Shown here: positions 61,564 to 64,000 of the stretch, in pieces | How the letters are laid out: each line of letters begins with the position of its first letter | Numbering within the stretch: the first letter of the stretch is position 1 | DNA from: Trichodelitschia bisporula | Taxonomy: Eukaryota | Length of the DNA stretch: 64,000 nucleotides | NCBI GenBank assembly: GCA_010356995.1 | Contig: ML996703.1 | Location: 62,001 to 126,000 of the forward strand | Direction of reading: 5' to 3' | Notes under the pieces: model-generated | What the model was told of the DNA's origin: nothing | The model's database searches: none | The model's input: only the letters and a program-made list of their open reading frames with translations | Position numbers and translations under genes: made by a program

Positions 61564-62693
61564 GGTCGAATTGGCGCGCGGCGGGAAATGGTAAATTGGA
61601 CGAGGGGAGGGGGGGGGGAGGGGGTTGACTGGGGACAGTCTTGCGGTTACTGCAACGCGCGGAGCCGACTGCGCTTGGGGCTGTTTGGCGCGCTTTTCTG
61701 CTACTCTCTTTCTTTCTTGTCTTTGCTGCTTATGGGCTGTTTGGCTGTTGAGACCGAAGGACAAACTATCTTTGACAGCGATGGGCCTGGATGTATGCTG
61801 CAGGGAGACGGAAAATTAGTGTTAAAGGACACGCAGGGGGGTTGGGTGGTGGATGTTGGATATGGTGGAGGGAGATGGAGGGAGAGGAGGGAGATGGAGG
61901 GAGAGGAGGGATAGGGATAGGGAGAGTTACAGGAATAGAGGTTCGTCGCGTTGGCTGTGGGTTGTGTATCCCAGGAGAGCGCAGCTGTAACTGAAGGAGG
62001 CTGAGATGGATGCGATGTGCGTAAGGATGGATAGGAGACCACACTGTGTTCTCTCTCTCTTCTGCCGCTGACCTGCTGCGAGCGAAAAGGCGCGATTGTC
62101 CCAACTGCAACCCCGGCGCGCGTCGTGATGGCGTTTGAGGGGCTTGCTGACCTGAGGAGCACAGGAAGAGAAGAGGAAGGCAAGGGAAGGGAAGGGAGGG
62201 GAGGGGGGTGAGGCGGCTGCAAGCGTGGGCGGGTAGGGGGAGAGACGAGAGATTCGATACGGGGTAGGGAGTGGAGTATCGTGGGGCTTGAACGATGGAA
62301 AGAAAGTGCCGAGGTGATGGCAATCAGGTGTCAAAACGGCCGTTGACGATGGAGAAACAATGGGGTGGAAGAAGAAGAAGAAGAAGAGTCAACTGGCTTG
62401 CCTTTGGGCTTCGAAGAAGAAGTTTGTTTGCTGGCTCGAGGGCGTTTGGGCTGTGAGAGCGCAAGCGGTTTGCATGTACAGAGTCGTTGCGGATACTCCT
62501 CCACAAAGGAAGAAGACTAGCCTCGCGCGGAGAAGAAAGAAAAGGGGTGGCACGGTTGCTTGACTTTGGGTTTCTATCTTCGCTCCAATTGCTCTTCGTT
62601 CTCTCAGCTCTCGAGTCCCTAACCTTATCTTACACAGCGAGTTCGCCGTCCTCGTCATCGCTCGTCCATCTCTCTGGTCGCCTTCTCTCTCCC

Positions 62694-62728
<35 letters not shown>
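62694..62728. repeat. (CAT)n microsatellite
   Basis: About 11 uninterrupted CAT units. Confidence 0.95.
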
Positions 62729-63570
62729 CTCCCCACGGCCCCATCTCCTTAACCCATCAATTGGCAAATCGCAATAGGAGAGCCCATCTCCATCTCCCCC
62801 CGCCCCGACAAAACCAACGAATCAAACGGCCCGCCGTCACGTCAACCCACGGGAGGCGTCCACGGCTGCTTCGTCCCGCAGCTCGGGCGCCCCTCCCCCG
62901 TGTCCTTATCCCCCATCCTATCCCATCTCTTCTCTCCATTTCTCTAACCTCAACTTGACACACATGTCTCTAAGCCTCCGAACTCTGTATGAAGGCCATG
63001 TTCAAGAAAGGCTTCATCACGGCTTGCGAGCTACAGTAAAGAACCCTTTCTCCACCTCCACGCTCCACAGTCCCTGATAACCCCCTCAGCCCTATGCAGG
63101 TACAAAAGGGGAGCGCGCGTGCCGCTAATTTAGACGCGAAAAAAAAGGGACCCAGAACTTTGTTTTTCGGTGACGCCAACCTTCACTGGCTGCATATCAT
63201 GCGCGACGACAACTTCACGCGATAACTGTCGTCGCCGCTGTGCCTGTACATCCGTAGTGGATAACTTTAGACGAATACCGGCAACCTCATATCATCATTT
63301 CGCCATCTCTTCAAGAAGAAGCCGGTTACACTAACCCCGAATGCATCCAGTATCCGTGCCACGTTGCCCACAATTCCCCAACCCCGTGCTCAAGAGCGTG
63401 GCACGAAAACGGCCGGCAATCGGTAATGTGTAATGGTTAATCATTCCATGGTTCAAGAGAATACGGTGCATGAGAAGCTGCATTATGCCGTGAGCTACTT
63501 TCAACTACCGCTGATATCCATGCTTGAGACCCGAGATGATCACAGTCCTAGAAATCACAGTCGTCACCCC

Positions 63571-64000
63571 TCACGCCGTCAGCGTGTACTCCACCGAGTT
63601 CCCCGGCTGGCGCGGAAAAAACTCAAAGGTAAACGTCGCCGCCATTTTCTTCGACGTCACCGCGTCCACAGCGCCCTTGGTGAGGATGACGCTCTTGCCG
63701 TCCCAGTTCCAGTGGTTGTTATACGTCTATTCATGATCAGCCTCACGATCCCCACAGTACCAGAGGACTCACCACATATCCCTGCTGCAACGGTCCCAAA
63801 TACTTCGTCCAGTCGTCGGCCAAGTAACTCTGATCCGAAAACCGCGCCTTCACAGCCGCTATCTTCGGCAACCCCTTCCACGTAACCGGAATATGCAAAT
63901 CCGCCCCACTCACGGCCTGCGAACTCTTCGCCCCGAGCACCGGCACATCCCACTGCACCAGCTGCACGCGGACGTCGGCACCGGCGCTGAAGCTCACGGT
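63571..64000 (-). CDS. 3' end of a secreted GH5-type endoglucanase (C-terminal Ig-like/CBM46-like region); intron ~63727-63771; 5' part lies outside the window
   Basis: FSAGAD..VQLVQWDVPVL..DL.IPVTWKGLPKIAAVKA..YLADDWTKYLGPLQQG..|TYNNHWNWD..FTFEFFPRQPGNSVEYTLTA resembles the tails of fungal GH5_4 enzymes. The catalytic domain is not visible. Confidence 0.65.

Overview
Eukaryotic, intron-containing genomic DNA from a filamentous ascomycete (Pezizomycotina-type genes; ~45-70 nt introns with CTAAC/CTGAC branch sites). About 22 protein-coding loci are supportable: Zn2Cys6 transcription factor (5'-truncated), MOV10/SDE3-like SF1 helicase, ICL/PEP-mutase-family lyase (DMML-like), RSM22, casein kinase I, ATP18, SPC19, IPI3, gamma-COP (SEC21), lipoyl synthase, Yap/RsmA-like bZIP, phosducin-like protein, two GNATs, an RBR E3 ligase, a DHA2 MFS transporter, an FSH1 hydrolase, an ASH1-like SET methyltransferase, ERF2-like DHHC palmitoyltransferase (broken by an assembly gap), NDUFA4/MLRQ, a group-5-like septin and the 3' end of a GH5-type endoglucanase, plus a GH3 beta-xylosidase pseudogene. 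No rRNA, tRNA, CRISPR or intact transposon was recognised. The signals not explained by the gene list are: (i) a strong, gene-polarised C-rich 5' to G-rich 3' skew in many genes; (ii) a degenerate ~180-380 bp repeat array upstream of the ASH1-like gene; (iii) ~280 bp diverged direct repeats bracketing the lyase gene; (iv) an unusually long, self-complementary SEC21 intron; (v) alternative C-terminal exons of CK1; (vi) two GC-AG introns. All product calls come from motif recognition only; no database searches were run, and exon boundaries are by-eye inferences.
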